Positions 14,291 to 27,728 of a DNA stretch of 64,000 nucleotides are shown piece by piece (the first letter of the stretch is position 1; every line of letters begins with the position of its first letter). Both the position numbers and the translations under genes were made by a program. This stretch comes from Octopus vulgaris (taxonomy: Eukaryota). The notes beneath the pieces are model-generated. The model was not told the DNA's origin and did not search any database. It saw only the letters and a list, made by a program, of their open reading frames with translations. Where the stretch lies: positions 125,612,001 through 125,676,000 of the forward strand of contig OX597818.1 in NCBI GenBank assembly GCA_951406725.2, read 5' to 3'.

Positions 14291-14291
<1 letters not shown>
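14177..14291. mobile_element. Deleted copy of the HHR-palindrome element at 33483-33680
   Basis: Left arm (ATAGAAGGAGCTTCTACAGGACTAGAACTGTTTCATT) is joined directly to CTCTGCTAT..GGTTAACCCCGACTCAACCC. In (TA)n. Confidence 0.8.
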
Positions 14292-14329
<38 letters not shown>

Positions 14330-14440
14330 CATTAGGCTCGGAACGTAAAAGACTTTTCAATTTTTCTCAAGATTTAAACTAATACACCTGTTTGTTGTTC
14401 CTACACCTGTCTTCCTCTTTTGTTTTCTGTGAATATAAGC

Positions 14441-14509
<69 letters not shown>

Positions 14510-16182
14510 ATATATACATACACAAATTTATATATGAAGAATTATATTCACATTTCCTCTCATAGATATCTTTACACAAATTCATGTGTTTGTGTGTGTG
14601 TCTATGTTTACAGAACTGCTCACATGCAGTCGGCACACACACACAAATATAGAATGAGAGAGAGAGAGAGTAATAATTACATAGATACATAAAATGGGAG
14701 CGATGATATATAATCTTATATATGCGTGCATTTGTGTACATGAGTTTGTATATACGAGTATAGATGAGTAATAAATTTGGATGTATTATGGTCGAATAGA
14801 AAATGCATTCCAATGAGGGAGCCAGAAACTCGATCCCACCCCATACATTTCGTACTCTCAAATTTGCAAATGTAATCGAATAGATGAAAACTTTTGGGAT
14901 TGAACTTGTTATGTAATGGTATATTTTTGTCATTGTGTCTTTTGTTGTTTCTGCATTTAGGGCGCATTCAGTTGTGGAAAGTTTTCGAACACTTATGCGC
15001 TAATTCAAAGCATTGGCAGCTCAGTTGATCGATCACCAGAATAATCATCGTCGACACCGACAGTGATCCATTTCTTTATTTTCTTATATATTTTTATGTA
15101 TATATGTGTGTTGTATACATACATGCATACATACATACGTACATACGTACGTACATATGTATGTATGCATGTTTGTATGTATGTATGTATGTATGTATGT
15201 ATGTATGTATGTATGTATGTGCGTACGTGTGTGTATATACATATACACACGCACAATTCGTGCGTAAAAATGCATGCGCCAGCTCGTGTATGTTTACATT
15301 TACATATAAGCAAAGGAACTGCATTCACACATTCATACACACAACTAGTCATACATGCACACAATACAATACCCACATAATCATTTGAATCAATTCAATG
15401 TTGAAATTTCACCCCTAACACTAACATATTCCTTATACAACGCATACGGTATTTCTGCAAATCACCCTACCCCTTAACTTCCCTATAAATAAACAACAAA
15501 CAACAAATACACACACACACACATATGTATTTACTGCCGTTATAAAACCCCCAATAATTTTCAACAATAAGATGTTTTGTGTCGTCTGCTTAGAGATGCG
15601 TAATGGCGTTTTAACGACTTCGGCGGGAAAAACAAATAAGAGGAGACTATAGTTGAATATAAAATACGAACTTGGAATAATTCTATTTATTATTGATTGA
15701 AATGCATAGAATTTATTGCCATTCTTATTATATATTGAATTTCTAAATTGTATTCATTGTATATCTACTTGTTTTTTTTTTCTCTCCTTTTTTCTCTTGT
15801 ATATCGTATTGAACTGTGTATGTGTAGTAAAGCCATGGCACAATAACATTTTCTTTTTGTTTAGGCATCTATTTATTTGACTACTTCTCTGTATCTATGA
15901 ATGTATGTGTATTTTAAATATGTATATATTAATATTTCTTTCTTCCCAGAGTTATGTATGTACGTATGTATATCTATATAGATGTATATTAGCATATATA
16001 AGTATATGTATATGTATGTGTGCATATATATATGTATATATAAGTATATATATATCTTTTATCTTTAACTTGTTTCTGTCATTAGACTGCGGCCATGCCG
16101 GGACAACGCTTTGAGGAATTTTGAGTAGAAAAATTCGACCACAGTAGGCCAGACATCTAAAGTATTGATCTATTTTTAACAA

Positions 16183-16245
<63 letters not shown>

Positions 16246-16460
16246 TTACGACGGTCTTTCACACAATTTCCGTCTACCAAATACATTCATAGCATGGTGG
16301 CAGAGCGAAATTCTTAACCACAGAACCATACCCGCGAATATACATCTAATAAGAACACAATACGGTTCGCAAATCGATCAAGGATGTTCATAATATTTTT
16401 CAATCTACGGAGAAATAGTTCCATTTGCCCTAATTATATCTGCTATGTAGGTCACACATA

Positions 16461-16688
16461 TACGGGGTGGTGGTGCTGCTGAAGAATTCTTGGCTTTAGG
16501 TAAAAGAAAATACAGGACGATCAGGTAATTATGATTTTATTCAACATATTCTCGTCTCAGATTCACACACTTATTGCAGTAATCCTTCACTTTTTCTAAG
16601 TCCTGTAAAAGAATTCGGAATGTTGGGTCTACCAACCAGGCCTTTCGTGACACCCTTAAAGCTAGAGACTATACACCACTCTCTCGTA
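16461..16688. mobile_element. Mariner-type MITE, decayed
   Basis: TACG..GCTGAAGAATTCTTGGCTTTAGG / CTTAAAGCTAGAGACT..CTCGTA are weak TIRs with TA ends. Confidence 0.5.
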
Positions 16689-16984
16689 TTATATCATACG
16701 TTGACACTATTTGAACTGAGATCCCCGTTGGCAGGCTACTGATATTAAGTACAGAGTTAAATACTTATGATAGGCAAATTATTGGCTCTATTTCTCTCTA
16801 GTTACTGGATTTGTTGTGTTTATAAACAAATTAGCTGATTATTTTTCTGAGATTGGTCTAATTGATGTAGACAACCCAACTATGCTCGAAAATTGATCAA
16901 GGCTATTCATTAGATTTTCAGTCCACGGAGAAATGATTAAATTTGCCCTGTTTACATATCTACTACATAGAGTGTATATAAGAA

Positions 16985-17440
16985 TTGAGTTCAAATTTTG
17001 GGACAAGGCCAACAATTTCGGGGAAGGGTGTAAGTTGATTAGACCGACCCCAGTGCTCAACTGGTACTTATTTTATCGATGTCCGAAAGAATGAAAGGCA
17101 AAGTTAACCTCGGTAAATTTAGAACTCTGAACGTAAACAAGGACGAAATGTCACTAAGCATTTCGCCCGGCGCGATAACGATTCTGCCGGCTCACCGCTT
17201 TACTAGTGCAAATAAATATTAGTAATCCTTTTTACTATAGGCACAACGCCTGAAACACGGGGGAGGGGACTAGTCGATTACATCGACCCCAGTGTTTCAC
17301 TGATACTTAATTTGTCAACCCTGAAAGGATGAACGGCAAAGTCGACAACGGTGGCATTTGAACTTAGAACATAAGGACGGACAAGGTGCCGCTAAGCATT
17401 TTGCCCGGCGTGCTGACGATTCTGACCGCCCGCCACCTTA
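16985..17440 (-). mobile_element. Two tandem tRNA-derived SINEs, family B (Deu/Nin-like central domain)
   Basis: Minus strand: GGCGG..CAGAATCG..AGC A-box, GTTCAAAT B-box, GACTTTGCC.TTCATCCTTTC..GATAAA..AAGTACC. Other copies at 23305, 42250 and 49590. Confidence 0.8.
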
Positions 17441-18188
17441 AATATAAATATTAATAAGAAATATTAAATAAATAGCCCTTTTCTTTTTAAAACTTAAAAC
17501 AAACCTGCCGCACAATAAAATGGATAGGTTAGAAAGCAAATTTTGGGAACAATTTTTGTATTATTTTATGTTTTGTATTATTAATTTTACAGGGGCGGCG
17601 AAAAATAAAATCATTAGGGTGCTTGTTTACCTCTCCGTGGCTTATCGGTGCAGCGAAAGAGCTCGACAGACTAAGTACCAGTCTTAAAAAAGAATAAATA
17701 ACAGGGATCTTTTCGTTCCTCTAATATTCATCAAGTTCGTGCTACAGCATGGCCGTATTCTAATGTCTGAAACAAGCATAAAGCTGAAAATTAACGTCCT
17801 ATACTTTTTACCTACCGGCGTTTCACCGGAAATATCCCTACACTTTCTTGAATTTTTCATTGTCGATGCACTATTAGTCTTCGACTCATAAAATCTCATA
17901 AAATTATCTTTTTTCGCACCTTCATTTCTTTCTCTCTAGTTTTTACTATTATTTTCACATTGAAGCTATAACTAAGTTTTGCTGACAAGATGAAATAATA
18001 AATCGTATTGGTATTGTTAAAAACAAATATTATTATAAGGGATGTTTAACACGCTTTTTTCCCCTTTCGTCGCCATTGTTATAGTTTATGTTTATAAAGG
18101 TGGACTCCATTCACTTGCATTTTAAGAACACTGTGATGGCTGGTTATCGTCTTACTATGTCACGAGTTACTTGAAAAATATTATTATT

Positions 18189-18254
<66 letters not shown>

Positions 18255-18781
18255 TAAGGAACTAATTTTGGGTGGACGTGTGGTTTTTCGGTTAGTTTAT
18301 TGAAATACGCCATTGGAAACTCTCTGAACATCTTAAGAAAGTCAGTAAGTCCTCTTGTATGTATATATGTGTGTATGTATGTTTGCAGTGTAAGTATGTA
18401 TGTATTTATGTGTGTGTGTGCGTGTGTGTGTATACACATACATATATGAACGCGTGCGCGCACACGCACACACACACTCGCATACATATATTCTTGAAAT
18501 ATGTCTCATACAAATATACATGTGTGTATATTTGTGTGTGTGTATTTATGCATGTGTGCATGTATGTATATATGTATTTACTTATGTATGAATGTATGTA
18601 TGTATGTGTGTTTACATTGTGAACAATGACCATATAAGTTCGAGACCTACATGTGTCTTTCAGTATTTTTCCCCCATTAAAACTGTTTTTAAACAATATA
18701 TTACTTGCTATTAGTATTAGTTGTATCCATTTTGAGATTTACTGCTAAAATATCTTATGAGTATATGCATGTGTGTGAGTG

Positions 18782-18824
<43 letters not shown>

Positions 18825-19407
18825 TAGAATGCAATATATTCCCATCACATCTGGGAAACATAGCTTTCATTCTCTATCAGTCTTTCCCTCTCTTTATCTT
18901 TCTTTCTCTCACCTTGTATGTCCATGTGACTCTCATAGCCACCGTGACTCATTCTCCCTCGACACACATGTATCTGTTTTACATTTTCATCACTGGGCCT
19001 CTGCTGTGTCTTGTATTTGAACATACGTCTCTTTTTAGGAGACTGTTTATTTCAATGAGGCGTGGGTGATGGCGGAGGATGGGGTCACAAGCGATGTTGG
19101 GGAGGAATATGGATAAGAGGTTGAAAAGCCTCAGTGTTATTGAAAGTTCCTAGTTTGAAAAAGAAAAAGGTAAGAGGCTTACTGCCTCATTTTGTCATTG
19201 AATTGTGAACAATGTAAGAGGTTTGTTGCTTCATGAATAATATAAGAGATCAATGTCCTAGGGGGGAAAAAAAAAGGATCGGCAGGCGGCGCTTTTTCCA
19301 CCATTAATCATCATTTTCATTTTCCTTTCATATAACATTATGTCTGTGTCCAGCCCTCAGCTTCCTACCTCTATGTAAGGCCTTTATGGCTAATATAATA
19401 AAATAAA

Positions 19408-19547
19408 GAAGCTTGCTTCCCAACCACAAGGTTCCAGGTTCAGTCCCACAGTGTAGCACCTTGGGCAAGTGTCTTCTACTATACCTTCGGGCCGAGCAAA
19501 GCCTTGTGAGTGGATTTGGTAGACGGAAATCGAAAGAAGTCTGTCGC

Positions 19548-19609
<62 letters not shown>

Positions 19610-19795
19610 TTGTGCGTCTGTGTTTGTCCTACCACCATCGCTTGACACCGATGTTGGTCTGTTTACTTCCCCGTAACTTAGCGGTCTGGCAAAAGGCTCA
19701 ATAGAATAAGTACTAGGCTTATAAAGAATAAGTCCTGCGGTCGATTTGTTCGACTAAAGCTTGGCCGCAGTCAAGACTGAAACAAGTAAAATGAA
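19408..19795 (+). mobile_element. SINE family A copy (5'-truncated)
   Basis: Aligns with 4531-4946. Confidence 0.85.
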
Positions 19796-19893
19796 ACAAA
19801 AACAAAATTAAAGAAAAAAACAAGATTTTTATTAATAGGTTTAACTTACAGAGTACAAACGACAGAGAAAATTAAAGGGGTGGAAGAAAGATG

Positions 19894-19941
<48 letters not shown>

Positions 19942-20055
19942 ATATATATATATCACACAGAGACAGACATACACATACATAAATACATACACACACACAT
20001 ATATACATACATACATGCATACATATATATATGTATGTATATACATACACATATG

Positions 20056-20149
<94 letters not shown>

Positions 20150-20700
20150 ATTCGTTATTTTCTAATAGTAAAAAAATAATTACAATCAAACATACAAGCG
20201 CTAATTTAAAGCAGTATGTGTATATGGGTGAACAGGTTTCCTTTAAAGATATTAATGTCTTTAATTTCTTATTTTCCTTTTTTAACCTTTTGCCAAAATA
20301 TTTATATTGATGTAATGGAAACTATTTGTTGAAAAAAACAAAAAAAAAAAAAAAAAAAACAAAAAAGCTTGGAATAAGCATAAAGAATAAAGTGATTAAA
20401 TAAAGAAAAAATCCACAAGCATTTCGATGAAAAAATATTATCGAAATAGGATCCTTTCTCACTTTTCTTTTCGACAAAATGAACTAAAACCTGGAATAAT
20501 TCTCTCACAAGTTAAAGATTTGAAAAAGAAAAAGGATACGTGTTACTGATTGAATTTAAAATAGAATATAAGAATATAAGATATGAACAAATAGCATAAA
20601 ACGTACAGCCATAGACAAGAACATATATATATATATATATATATATACAAATTTCTGTATAAACAAACACACATAGACGCTTTCTCATACCCACATATGA

Positions 20701-20738
<38 letters not shown>

Positions 20739-21192
20739 GAAATATTAAAATAACTAAGTCTCTCTAAAAGAGAACAGCGGCAGCGTTCCCGGAAATTAAT
20801 AGTTATCGCCATACTAATATGGCATTCTTATAAAAATAAGAAAAAAGCTGTCCGCTTATTAGCTCCATGAGGCCATCGCCTTAAGTTAGCTATTTGATAC
20901 ACAAACTGTATCCATATAACCTTGTTCGAAGGTTATATGGATACAGTTTGTGTATCAAATAGCTAACTTAAGGCGATGGCCTCATGGAGCTAATAAGCGG
21001 ACAGCTTTTTTCTTATTTTTATAAGAATGCCATATTAGTATGGCGATAACTATTAATTTCCGGGAACGCTGCCGCTGTTCTCTTTTAGAGAGAGTTAGTT
21101 ATTTTAATATTTCTATTATTGAAAACAAGTGGATGTATTCCACCGAAACTAGGTAAATAAAACCATCGAACAGAGATTGTCGGAAGCGACAC

Positions 21193-21263
21193 CTACTGGC
21201 TGGCTACGCTGCATTGAAAAGGGGCAATACCCCGAAACGCGTCTGTAGCTGCCGGTCAAGTAG
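21193..21263 (+). ncRNA. Type-I hammerhead ribozyme, U3-A8 core, predicted cleavage after GUC at 21243
   Basis: GCTGCA-TTGAAAA-GGGG CAATA CCCC-GAA-ACGCGT-C-TGTAGC. Stem I is extended by CTACT/AGTAG and GGCTGGC/GCCGGTC. Confidence 0.85.
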
Positions 21264-21554
21264 TGTGGAGCGACTGACCTCCCTTGTTCGAAGGTTATAT
21301 GGATACAGTTTGTGTATCAAATAGCTAACTTAAGGCGATGGCCTCATGGAGCTAATAAGCGGACAGCTTTTTTCTTATTTTTATAAGAATGCCATATTAG
21401 TATGGCGATAACTATTATTTTCCGGGAACGCTGCCGCTGTTCTCTTTTAGAGAGACTTAGTTATTTTAATATTTCTATTATTGAAAACAAGTGGATGTAT
21501 TCCACCGAAACTAGGTAAATAAAACCATCGAACAGAGATTGTCGGAAGCGACAC

Positions 21555-21625
21555 CTACTGGCTGGCTACGCTGCATTGAAAAGGGGCAATACCCCGAAAC
21601 GCGTCTGTAGCTGCCGGTCAAGTAG
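21555..21625 (+). ncRNA. Second identical hammerhead in the 362-bp array (cleavage after 21605)
   Basis: Same sequence as 21193-21263. Confidence 0.85.
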
Positions 21626-21858
21626 TGTGGAGCGACTGACCTCCCTTGTTCGAAGGTTATATGGATACAGTTTGTGTATCAAATAGCTAACTTAAGGCGA
21701 TGGCCTCATGGAGCTAATAAGCGGACAGCTTTTTTCTTATTTTTATAAGAATGCCATATTAGTATGGCGATAACTATTATATATATATATATCATACTTA
21801 AATACACGCACACACGCAAGCACACACAAGCATGTGCACAAACACACACACACACACA

Positions 21859-21905
<47 letters not shown>

Positions 21906-22243
21906 ACACACAAATACACACAGAGAGAATATTAGGCATTTCAACTTGTTTTGGCATGTATCAAGTAAGTTTAAACTTTCGGTCAGGTTTTGAAGAGCAT
22001 AGTTGGTTTTTTGGTATATATAGTTTTATCATTTTTTTCTTATTTTATGGCAAAATAAACTAACAAAATGAAAAGCAAAATAGCTTAAATTTTTTTAATA
22101 ATTATATACCTTTTTGCAAATGGATCGAGAAAATATACATTATACTTATACACACAAACAGACACACTTATATGCATAGCTACACACATGCATAAATACA
22201 TACGTAATACATACATACATACATACATACATACATACATACA

Positions 22244-22274
<31 letters not shown>

Positions 22275-22562
22275 GCCTGTGGACGCGTGCTGTGTCTGGG
22301 TTTGTATGTATGTATGTATGTATGTATGAACGTGTGTATGTATGTAATGAATGGATCTCTTTCGGTTTTCACGATTAGAATTCCGTTTGTTCGATCAACT
22401 CTCTTCCCGCTTTTTCTGTACATCATACATACATACATATATACATACATACATATACATATACATATACGCACACACACAATACACATACACGCACACA
22501 TATACACATGTATATGGGTGTTTGTGAGTGCAGGTATATATGTGTATATATATATCTATATA

Positions 22563-22608
<46 letters not shown>

Positions 22609-22784
22609 AGTATATATGTATATATATATACACTGTGACTTACACGTATAACAATCTACATGAATATATGTGAGCATGTGCATAGAAATATATACTATAC
22701 ATGCAACACACGCACACATACATAACTACAACATACACACATACATACACATATTGTAAATATAGAGGTTTACATTTATGTATG

Positions 22785-22853
<69 letters not shown>

Positions 22854-22889
22854 TTATATACACAAATAGTATAAGTACATGTGTATATA

Positions 22890-22957
<68 letters not shown>

Positions 22958-23304
22958 CACACACACATACGCACATATATTATACTGAAACGCGCTCGCG
23001 CGCGCACACACACGTTTGCTCACACACAAATGAACACGAAGGTGTCTGCAAAATTCATTAGTGGTAACCCCAGTGGAAATAAACAATAAATGAAATTAAA
23101 TTAAAGGAAATGATCTCCGAACATCTCCAAGTACTCCCTCTCTATCTCCGCTTCACATCCCACCAAATCTTTCCCTTCCACCTTCCCTCTAACCCCATAC
23201 CACTCCCATCTTTATCCGCAACTTAATCGCTGGCATTTCCTATAATACTAGAAAATATCACAAGAAGGTATCTCCAACGTCCACTGAATACGGAGAGAAG
23301 ATAT

Positions 23305-23434
23305 ACTTTTCTTCTCTAGGCACAAGGCCCGAAATATTTGGGGAGGGGACCAGCCGATTAGATCGATCTCAGTACGCAACTGGTACTTAATCTGTCGACC
23401 CCGAAAGGATGAAACGCAAAGTCGACCTCGGCGG
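23305..23434 (-). mobile_element. 5'-truncated SINE family B with 14-bp target-site duplication
   Basis: ACGGAGAGAAGATA at 23290-23303 and 23435-23448. Confidence 0.8.
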
Positions 23435-23494
23435 ACGGAGAGAAGATAGTGAAAAGAGAATGATTTTAAAAATTTGAGAGAAATTGTAATAATA

Positions 23495-23560
<66 letters not shown>

Positions 23561-24115
23561 CATTGAGTGAGAGAGCAGTGCATGCCATCAAAGTGACACT
23601 GGGGTAAAATATACGAAGCCCAGTATACCCATCATGACTACCCGTCTGATAAGGGTACACTAGGCACATGCATCACAACCATATGTGCGCGACATGATGA
23701 TCTCATATCAAGATAAACAGCACATGACCTTGCAGGTGGGGGCCCAGTTAGAATCTTCTTCTGGTCGAGTAAACCATCCCGCTCAAAAGGTCCCTGAATA
23801 AAGGTTGTTTAGGGATGTTGAACGAAACGTCCTTGTTTCCAGGGGTGAATTATTCAAACCCCAAAGAATCCATTTCAACACATGGCTATGATTCTTCCCC
23901 ACTACTTCTGCACGTAATCAGAAATGCACATATCGTCAGCCTCTAAGGGACATGCTCAACTGGATAAGGTCAAACAACTGACAAGCAAATCTGTGGTATT
24001 GAGCAGAATATTTGCTGTAGCCCATCTTTTATACCAAGACAAAACAATGTACATGATAACACTTCCAATCAGTTAAGATCAGAAGCCACGAGAGCCACTG
24101 CCTGCTACTGCATCA
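23561..24115 (-). mobile_element. Second copy of the ~560-bp (TAA)n-inserted element
   Basis: Reverse complement of 5455-6030, flanked by (TTA)n/(TCA)n. Confidence 0.85.
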
Positions 24116-24149
24116 TCATCATCATCATCATCATTATTATTATTATTAG

Positions 24150-24845
24150 TCTTTAACGCTTGATTGTGTGCTGTTACTAACAAACTTTCTCTCTCTCTTT
24201 TCAGCCTTCCTTTCTGTAAACATAGCCATGTCTCACTACAACTATTTGCTACAACTATTTTAGGGAACCTACCATGCAAAGCCTTCTCCTGCCAGTCAGA
24301 TAACCTTTGTCCTTTTTTCAGGTTCATAATTTCATAGGAGTCTATAGCTACTCTAGCTAGCTCCACGCAGTTTCCTACTGTTATTAGCCCTATCCACCTT
24401 TTCTAGGTAAGTATAATCTTGCTACTCCTGTTCTTTGGTGGAGTTCTCCATTCATATTGAAATCCTTTCTAGTTCTTCAGTCTAGCTTTGCTAATTCAGT
24501 TTCTGTCCAATCCACAAAAGCTGCTGAGTATCTCAGTAATGATACTGCCCAAGTATTTACAGCCTTCACCAAATTCGGACCATTTAGCTTTGATTTCATT
24601 AGATTTCTCACACTCCTGATGTACTCCTTCTCAATTTTCGTTTTCACTTCTATAGATAGTACTCTGTTAGTTTCTAGTACTCCTAGATACTTATAACTTT
24701 CTCTTTTGAACGATTTTAATATCTAGCCATCTGGTAATTCGATGTTATCACTGTTGACTACATGTCCCCTTTTCATGACTAATATTGCACCCTTATCTAC
24801 ATTTATCTATGCCAAATTCCTATATCTTTGCTGAAGAGCCCTATC
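24150..24845 (-). mobile_element. Dong/R4-like RT C-terminal fragment
   Basis: Minus translation includes YKYLGVLE, KSKLNGPNLVKAVNTWAVSLLRYSA and WQEKALHGRF. Confidence 0.8.
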
Positions 24846-24887
24846 ATTGTTGTTGTTGTTGTTGTTATTATTATTATTATTATTATT

Positions 24888-25802
24888 GCCTTTGCACAGC
24901 TTCTGACGCTGGAGATGTACTACGGTGTCAGCTGTTCACTACCAGTGAACTAAGGTAACACCTCTTATTTTTCGAGCACCTTCCGGAGTATTCGAGCGGT
25001 TCCAAGCAGTGCTGTTTTCTGCAAGTGCTCCACCCTTATTGCAGCCCCTATTTGTTTCATGTATTTTTGAGGTTTGTACTCACGGTTCTCAGGGCTCCGA
25101 CAATTATTGGTACCACTACCACATTTTCATCGACCACAACTGATTTACCTCCCAAGCTAACCTATCATATCTATCGACTTTTCTTTCTTCCTTATCGCAT
25201 ACCTTGTTGTCAGCTGGACATGCTATATCAATGATCCAGCATAGTTTTGTTTCTTTCTCAATTAAGACTATGACTGACCTATTCTCTATCTCATGTCGCA
25301 CTGAATCATAAAATCCCACGGGACCTTTGCATTATTACTTTCGATGATGCCTTCGGGTTTGTGGTCGTCCCAATTCTTTCTCTGTGAAGTCCATACTTGT
25401 TGCAAATTGTCCAATGAACAAGCCTTGCTATATTGTCGTGGCGTCTCTTATGTTCCTTCTGGGCTAGTGGCGTACATTGAATGGTAATATGCCATACGGT
25501 TTCACCATTTTGTCCACAAATTCTGCGCTTATCACTTTCTGATGTGTTGCCTACTCTGTATTTCATGTAGTTTATTCTTAGTGCTTGCTCTTGGGCAGCA
25601 CATATTAGAGCCTCCGTTTCCGGTTTTAAAGCACTTTTAGTCATCCACAGCCATCTTTTATCTGTCTGTCTTATCTTCAACATCCCTATGAAATTGTTCA
25701 TGTATTCTTTTCTTGACCCACCTATTTTCAGTTTCATTCATTTTCAATGGCTTGTACAGTGCTTTATCTTTGCAATCTTTCATCCTACACAAGCCTGACC
25801 TT
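24888..25802 (-). mobile_element. Dong/R4-like LINE 3' end (same family as 60160-61997)
   Basis: ETEALICAAQEQALR, ICGQNGETVWHI, RRHDNIARLVHW, CWIIDIACP. Reverse complement aligns with ~61090-61997. Confidence 0.9.
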
Positions 25803-26199
25803 GATGGTGCAAAAACGAAGGCAGCAATAATAATAAATTGAAAGGACAATGTAATGATATTAAGTATCCTTTTCAATTTTTTCCTTGTTTCGTTTCAGTC
25901 AGTTATTTGAAACCAACCAAAATGACATCAACTGCTAAAATTTTATAATTCACAGAAAGGTTGAGGATGAAAATTGTAAGACTGGTGAGCTGAAAATGGC
26001 GTTATTGATACGAGTAATAAAGCTTTGTAAATTGTGTGGAGGGCCTACTTGAGAACTTAGAGTTGTAAACGACATGTTGATGCGAATTACCAGTCGACAC
26101 CCGAAAAATAGTCGAAGATCGCAAAGAATATATATCCCAAATAGATAAAACAGAAATACTTCCGAATTAAAAAAAATAAATTACATAGTTAGTAGGGTC

Positions 26200-26920
26200 T
26201 TTCCGTTTTGTTGCTGCAAGTTCTCGTGTTTTACATACTATTGTTGATCATGGAAAATAACAAAGTGATGGTGAGTTTATCAACAAAGCTTACGTTATTT
26301 TTATTCTGATGATCTCTACAATAAGGACGCTTTTAGAATGTGTGTGAATGAATAAGCAAAAATTTCGTTAAAAGACAGTTATGAAAATGAACGCAGTCAG
26401 AAAATTAAGTTCATCAGCATTTAATTACCTGCAGTTTTTTTCTCGGTCTTAATCAATGATATTTATTCATCAGCTCGATTAGCTAATATATTGGAGTATT
26501 TTCACCGTGATTCTATTCATGGGGAGTTAAATCAGTAAATTCGCCTCAAAACACGCTAAGAAAAGATTTAAGCGACACTGTTGCTAAAATGTTTTCTGAA
26601 AGCTAAATAGATTTGTCAAAAATAGCTTCGGTTAAGACTGATGGCGTCCATGTTATGGTAGGTCTAAATGTAAGTATTGTAACGCAATTTGCAGCTGTGG
26701 TGAATCATATCTTTCTTTTCATTCCATTGTACATCAGGAAGTATTCTAGTCAATTTGATGGCTGCCAATGCTTTTCGTAAAAGAGAATTTAATTTACTTT
26801 TAAATGAAGCTGAATTAGCTTACACTGTACAAATGTTTACTAATGTACAATAATGTACGACGGTTGAGTGGTGGTGAAGTACTTGAAAGATTTGATGAAT
26901 GTTCAAGTGAAATGTTTATT
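26200..26920 (+). mobile_element. Highly decayed hAT (Buster/SPIN-like) transposase remnant
   Basis: Translated pieces KTDGVHVMVG (TDGA..M.G), HC..HQE-like, and VRRLSGGEVLERF (VRWLS.G..L.RF). Confidence 0.6.
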
Positions 26921-27694
26921 CAGCATTTCGATCCAGTTCTCGCTACACGCGCGAGCAACCGTAAAGAACAGATACACCAGTGGCTTAATATTTCTACGCA
27001 AATGATATTTAGCTTCTCAGACGCCTTTCATCTGGACTAAATATGTCACACATCTAAACAATGAATTATTAGTTAATGGTTAATTCTAACCTGTGCTCTG
27101 TTTTCAGCATTTTTGTTTTAATTAAACTAGGTTGCATTTTGTTTTGGGAAATTTTATACATATTTATATGACTTACCGCTTACTTGTTTAAGTCATTTGG
27201 GGATTAAGTCGAAAAACCCCCTAATCCAATGCTTATTTTATTTAAAACCCAGGTACCTACTGTCTCATTTTCATTCTCAGTGTTGAGCCACTAGGTTACG
27301 GGGACGAAAAATACCCACACCGTTCGTCAAACAGAAAGATACACACACACAAATATGCTTATACACAAATACATGTATTCATAAACGCTTATACACACAA
27401 ACACACACATATATATGTACATACATACATCTATACATAAATTTATTTGTAGGGGAGGTAGCGTACGACTTACTTCTTCCATTTCCACCTTTTAAAGCTA
27501 CTGACATATATATATACATACACATACACACACATACATATATATATAGTATATATATATATATCGATTTACAAACATACATACATATATTCTTCTAATT
27601 ATTATTATATCTCAGGTAAGGTATGAATAGTGTTCATTGCATAGTTTCCTTTATTGCAGTGAATTTACAGTATGTGTACTTGAGTATGTATATG

Positions 27695-27728
<34 letters not shown>

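Larger units (their letters stand above)
20734..21778 (+). repeat. 362-bp HHR-containing tandem array (~2.4 units, 20921-21778) with a 190-bp inverted copy (20734-20923), in (TA)n
   Basis: GGTTATATGG recurs at 20931, 21293 and 21655 (period 362). 20734-20923 pairs with 20929-21118 with about one mismatch. Confidence 0.95.

Noticed and set aside
21255-21345. Pol III A/B boxes in the 362-bp unit (GTTCGAAGG; TGGCCTCATGG)
   Set aside because: Poor matches and in the wrong order.
20921-21778. CRISPR-like or LTR interpretation of the array
   Set aside because: Units are identical with no unique spacers, and there are no TG..CA ends, PBS or PPT. The context is eukaryotic.
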